DNA of 64,000 nucleotides from Bdellovibrio sp. (GTDB lineage Bacteria; Bdellovibrionota; Bdellovibrionia; Bdellovibrionales; Bdellovibrionaceae): NCBI GenBank assembly GCA_036676395.1, contig JAKFCY010000002.1, positions 160,001 to 224,000 of the forward strand, read 5' to 3'. Shown piece by piece: positions 60,216 to 64,000 of this stretch (position 1 is its first letter; each line of letters starts with the position of its first letter). The notes under the pieces were generated by a model. It saw only the letters and a program-made list of their open reading frames with translations, ran no database searches and was not told where the DNA came from. The position numbers and the translations under genes were made by a program.

Positions 60216-61184
60216 ATGTCTGCAAATACTTTTGGTCAACGTTTTCAAATGATGTCTTTTGGCGAAAGCCACGGTTCAGCCTACGGGGTAGTGATTGATG
60301 GTATGCCTGCCGGGATTAAATACGACGAAGCCTTGTTATTAAAAAATTTAAGTCGTCGTAAACCAGGTTCTAGTGCTTTTGTAACAGCTCGTAATGAATC
60401 TGATCAGCCAGAAATTTTAAGCGGATTTTTTGAAGGTAAATCACTAGGAACCCCGATTGCCGTTGTTGTCAGAAACGAAAATCAAAAATCAGCTGATTAC
60501 GATAAAATTCAAAATGAATCCCGCATCGGTCACGCTGACGACACTTGGAAAAATAAATTCGGTCACAGTGATCATCGTGGTGGCGGAAGGTCTTCGGGCC
60601 GCGAAACATTAAACCGTGTGATTGCGGGAAGTTTTGCGCAAATGCTGATGGCTCAAGTATCTGCAAATATTCAAGTGATGGCTTACGCTAAAAAAATCGG
60701 AAACATCGATATCAAAGAAGCCTCACACGAATTACCCAAAGAGATTCAAACGATGTTAGAAAAAGCAAAAAACGAAGGTGAAAGTTACGGTGGTGTTGTT
60801 GAGTGCTGTATCTCTCAACCACCTGCTAACTTAGGCCAACCTGTGTTTCATAAGTTTAAAGCTGATCTTGCTTCTGCGATGATGTCATTAGGTGCAACGA
60901 CGGGTTTTGAATTAGGCGCAGGCTTTGACGGTACAGAACTTAAAGGCACTGAGTTTCATGAAAAAATGCTTTCGCAAAATTACGGTGGCATTCGCGGTGG
61001 TATCACGACAGGTGAAGACATCGTGTTCAGAGTAGGATTTAAACCCACGTCTTCAATAAAAGACGTGGCTAAAAAAGGTCGTCATGATCCGTGTATTATT
61101 CCGCGAGCGATTCCGGTAATTGAAGCCATCTGCTGGCATTTATTAGCTGATCACTGGTTGTGGAATCGTACAGATAGGGTCTAA
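60216..61184 (+). CDS. aroC: Chorismate synthase
   Basis: FGESHG, GHAD, GGGRSSGRET, FKPTSSI, GRHDPC. Confidence 0.95.
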   Translation: MSANTFGQRFQMMSFGESHGSAYGVVIDGMPAGIKYDEALLLKNLSRRKPGSSAFVTARNESDQPEILSGFFEGKSLGTPIAVVVRNENQKSADYDKIQNESRIGHADDTWKNKFGHSDHRGGGRSSGRETLNRVIAGSFAQMLMAQVSANIQVMAYAKKIGNIDIKEASHELPKEIQTMLEKAKNEGESYGGVVECCISQPPANLGQPVFHKFKADLASAMMSLGATTGFELGAGFDGTELKGTEFHEKMLSQNYGGIRGGITTGEDIVFRVGFKPTSSIKDVAKKGRHDPCIIPRAIPVIEAICWHLLADHWLWNRTDRV

Positions 61185-61187
61185 CTG

Positions 61188-61910
61188 TCAGTAAATAATT
61201 AAAGCCCCTTTGTCTGCAAATTGGCGAAGGTCGTAATTATCAAAGCCTGTAGAACGCACGCTGATGTAAGATTTAACAGAAGCCTTATCAATAAAACTGC
61301 GAATATCGTATGAATCAAAGGGTTGGCCGACAATAACACGCGCACCCTTTTCAATGAATGAACGTGTATCGTAACTATCAAAACCATCAGTATCTACAGT
61401 TACGCGGTCGTGACCTCTGTCGATAAAACTTCGAATGTCATACGTGTCAAATTTTTTGCCCACAGTAATCGAACCGCCACGATCTAGAATTTGTCGAATA
61501 TCGTAAGCGTCTAATTCGTCTTGATCGTAAATAACGCTGGCGCCTTTTTCCTGAAAACTGCGAAGATCATAAGAATCAAACCCTTTACCGATGACGGTAA
61601 CGTAAGATTTAATTTTGGCTTTATCGATGAGGCTGCGAATGTCATAAGTATCAAAGGGCTTGCCGGTAATCACGCGAGCACCACGTTCAATAAAGCCTCG
61701 CGAATCATAAGTGTCAAATCCAACAGTACGAACAGTGACACGATCATGCCCGATATCTATAAAACTTCTGATGTCGTAGGTATCAAACTCGTGACCGACT
61801 TCAACTGATTCACCACGCTTAAGCATCTGTCTGATGTCATAAGCATCTACCGCGAATGCAGAAATGCTAGCAAATAAAGCGATAATTAAAATAAATAGAT
61901 ATTTTGACAC
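61188..61910 (-). CDS. Secreted tandem-repeat protein (10 x FDxYDIRxF..G repeats)
   Basis: Signal peptide ending AFA; ten 21-25 aa repeats arranged as 2 x 5; GGGGA RBS. Confidence 0.8.
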   Translation of the reverse strand: MSKYLFILIIALFASISAFAVDAYDIRQMLKRGESVEVGHEFDTYDIRSFIDIGHDRVTVRTVGFDTYDSRGFIERGARVITGKPFDTYDIRSLIDKAKIKSYVTVIGKGFDSYDLRSFQEKGASVIYDQDELDAYDIRQILDRGGSITVGKKFDTYDIRSFIDRGHDRVTVDTDGFDSYDTRSFIEKGARVIVGQPFDSYDIRSFIDKASVKSYISVRSTGFDNYDLRQFADKGALIIY

Positions 61911-61972
61911 TGAAATCCCCTTTTACTGATGTGCTATTAAGAAATAGCAAGTCGGGGGCCAACGTTGCCGAA

Positions 61973-62692
61973 CTACTTAACAGTACCCTTGTAGATGTAT
62001 GCAATGCCGAAGCTAACTGGCGTGTAAGACATTTCAGAGAAGCTGCCAGATTTTTTCATTAAATCAATGAACTGCTCTTTACACGGAAATGCCGCTGATG
62101 ATTTTTGTAAGTATTCATAAGCATCAGCTTGGCCAGTAACGAAACCGCCGATTTTAGGTAATACTTTTTCTGAATAGAAATTATATAAGCCAGAAACAAT
62201 TGGAAAATCCATTTGTCCGAATTCAAGAATCATAACCTGGCCACCAGGTTTAACCACACGAGCTAACTCTTGTAAGGCTTTAACCGGATCATTCACATTA
62301 CGAATACCGAATGAAATAGAAGAGACATCAAATTTATTATCTTCAAATTGCAATTTTGTGACATCAGCTAATTCAAAATGGATATCAAGATTTTGTGCTT
62401 TAGCTTTTGCCGGAGCCGGATCTAACATTTCTTTACAGAAATCAGTTCCGACAACTTCGCCTGTTGAACCAACAGTTTTTTTAAATTCGATCGCTAGATC
62501 ACCAGTGCCAGTAGCGCAGTCTAAAACTTTCATTCCAGGTTTAGCGCCGCTTAATGAAACTAATTTTTTTCTCCATAAGTGGTGAATGCCTACTGATAAA
62601 ACTGAATTTGCTTTATCGTACTTAGCCGCTACTTTGGAAAACATTGAACGAATTTTTTCTGGATCGGGAGATTGACGAGTTTGGTTTTGCAT
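61973..62692 (-). CDS. ubiE: Demethylmenaquinone/ubiquinone C-methyltransferase
   Basis: MFSKVA.KYD..N, LDCATGTGDLA, SFGIRNV, AYEYL..S. Confidence 0.93.
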   Translation of the reverse strand: MQNQTRQSPDPEKIRSMFSKVAAKYDKANSVLSVGIHHLWRKKLVSLSGAKPGMKVLDCATGTGDLAIEFKKTVGSTGEVVGTDFCKEMLDPAPAKAKAQNLDIHFELADVTKLQFEDNKFDVSSISFGIRNVNDPVKALQELARVVKPGGQVMILEFGQMDFPIVSGLYNFYSEKVLPKIGGFVTGQADAYEYLQKSSAAFPCKEQFIDLMKKSGSFSEMSYTPVSFGIAYIYKGTVK

Positions 62693-62714
62693 AAAAAATT
62701 AAACCTTTTAGCTG

Positions 62715-63497
62715 TTAAGCTCTTTGAAGTCGACGATCAAACGCCGCAAGTACACGCTCTAACTGCTTCATCGTTGTATCAAAAGTCTCAAGCGTTAGGG
62801 CCTGCGGACCATCAGATAAAGCTTCTTTAGGATTTGGATGTGATTCGATAATTAAACCATCAGCACCTGCTGCCGCAGAAGCGTAGCAAAGTTGTGGAAT
62901 CATATCGGCGATGCCAACAGCGTGTGAAGGATCAACGATCACCGGTAATTGAGTATGTTTTTTTGCATACACAACAGCGTTAAGATCTAACGTATTGCGA
63001 GTTGCAGTTTCAAAAGTACGAATGCCACGTTCGCATAAAATAACGTTTTCATTGCCGCCTGAAATTACGTAATCAGCGGCTTTGATCCATTCGTCGATAA
63101 AGGCCGAAAAGCCACGTTTTAATAAAACTGGTTTTGGTTGGCGGCCTAATTCTTTTAATAACGAATAATTATGCATATTGCGCGCGCCAACTTGATAACC
63201 GTCAACAAGATGAGCGATCTCTTCGATTTGACGAATATCAGTTACTTCAGAAACTAAGCCAAGCCCTGTTGCGGCTTTTACTTTTTTAATAATATCAAAA
63301 GCTTCAGTGCCTAAACCTTGAAAAGCTTTTGCCGAGGTACGCATTTTCCAGATCCCGCCACGTAACATGCAAGCGCCTGAGTTTTTAACAGCAAGAGCGG
63401 TTTTCATGAACTGTTGTTCTGACTCAATAGAACATGGACCTGCGATTACAGTAAATTGCGGACCACCGATTTGAATATTACCAACTTGTACGACCAT
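62715..63497 (-). CDS. aroF: DAHP synthase type I-beta (no regulatory domain)
   Basis: IAGPCSIES, KMRTS..FQGLG, GARNM.N, LKRG, CERGIRTFE, DPSH, ESHP.P..ALSDG. Confidence 0.93.
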   Translation of the reverse strand: MVVQVGNIQIGGPQFTVIAGPCSIESEQQFMKTALAVKNSGACMLRGGIWKMRTSAKAFQGLGTEAFDIIKKVKAATGLGLVSEVTDIRQIEEIAHLVDGYQVGARNMHNYSLLKELGRQPKPVLLKRGFSAFIDEWIKAADYVISGGNENVILCERGIRTFETATRNTLDLNAVVYAKKHTQLPVIVDPSHAVGIADMIPQLCYASAAAGADGLIIESHPNPKEALSDGPQALTLETFDTTMKQLERVLAAFDRRLQRA

Positions 63498-63530
63498 GAA
63501 TGCCTTTGCTATGCTAATGCCAGTGTGGAT

Positions 63531-64000
63531 ATGGACCTTAACATAAACGATTTAACTAGTTCAAACTTTTTAACTGCTGGAGGCCTACTTCAGACAGGCT
63601 CAGATCAATTTATATTGCTTCTGGGAGCGAGAAAGCCTGTTTTTGATGCTAGGGCAGACGATTCCCATCAGCTTTTCGTTTACAACCCACAGTTTTGGGA
63701 TTTTTTACAGGCGGCCTCACAGTCAAATAGGGGTCTTTTTCACGTCGAAAAAACTCTCAAAATGACTCGTGAAGAGCTTAAGAATTATCTAGAAAAATTT
63801 GTATTAGCAAAAACATCGGCGTTAACGTTAGTTGATAATCATCAAAGTGATTTTGAAGCGCAATTTGCGTGGTCACAAAAAAAATTCCAAGAAAAATTAT
63901 TACAGAAAACTGTTCCCGCAACAAAATTTGAATTTTCGATTAATGAAAAATTTAATTTTGCTTACCACTTGTTTTTATCATTACAAAAAAATCGTCCGGG
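63531..64000 (+). CDS. Partial CDS, possibly chorismate-binding enzyme (isochorismate synthase MenF-like)
   Basis: Open frame from ATG 63531 to the window end (MDLNINDLTSSNFL...FEAQFAWSQKKFQEKLLQKTVP...). LQKTVP resembles the LxKVV motif; context is aroF/ubiE. Confidence 0.45.
   Translation, partial: MDLNINDLTSSNFLTAGGLLQTGSDQFILLLGARKPVFDARADDSHQLFVYNPQFWDFLQAASQSNRGLFHVEKTLKMTREELKNYLEKFVLAKTSALTLVDNHQSDFEAQFAWSQKKFQEKLLQKTVPATKFEFSINEKFNFAYHLFLSLQKNRP

Noticed and set aside
1..64000. tRNA, rRNA, known riboswitches, defence systems
   Set aside because: None recognisable by eye; a tRNAscan/Rfam/DefenseFinder run would be needed to exclude them formally.

Overview
AT-rich bacterial chromosomal window, most consistent with a predatory Bdellovibrionota (Bdellovibrio/Pseudobdellovibrio-like) genome. 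This is inferred from an S74-chaperone adhesive fibre gene, a 'FYQNC' small lipoprotein and a TTAC-N3-GTAA box at lexA. Most of it is housekeeping: alpha-2-macroglobulin/pbpC, secA, a caa3-type cytochrome c oxidase operon, maiA/FAH, oxyR, lexA, ung, ABC-F, dppABC, icd, an aroB-aroA-aroK/D/E-aroC cluster, ubiE/menG and DAHP synthase. I found no rRNA, tRNA, CRISPR array, integrase or transposase. The most notable signal is two unannotated intergenic elements (~44607-44943 and ~54558-54904). They share a 14-nt 5' motif and the same architecture: a terminator-like hairpin, a Shine-Dalgarno-sequestering hairpin, a 36-40 aa basic/hydrophobic sORF, and three nested long-range 5'-3' pairings. The pairings are kept although the sequences differ. 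This pattern resembles type I toxin-antitoxin mRNAs (hok/aapA-like), possibly an undescribed family. Other points: an aro cluster in the domain order of eukaryotic AROM, a GcvH homologue lacking the lipoyl lysine, a CxxCH-bearing beta-barrel cassette, a 10-repeat secreted solenoid protein and a frameshifted zincin gene. All calls come from reading motifs by eye; no searches or folding programs were run.
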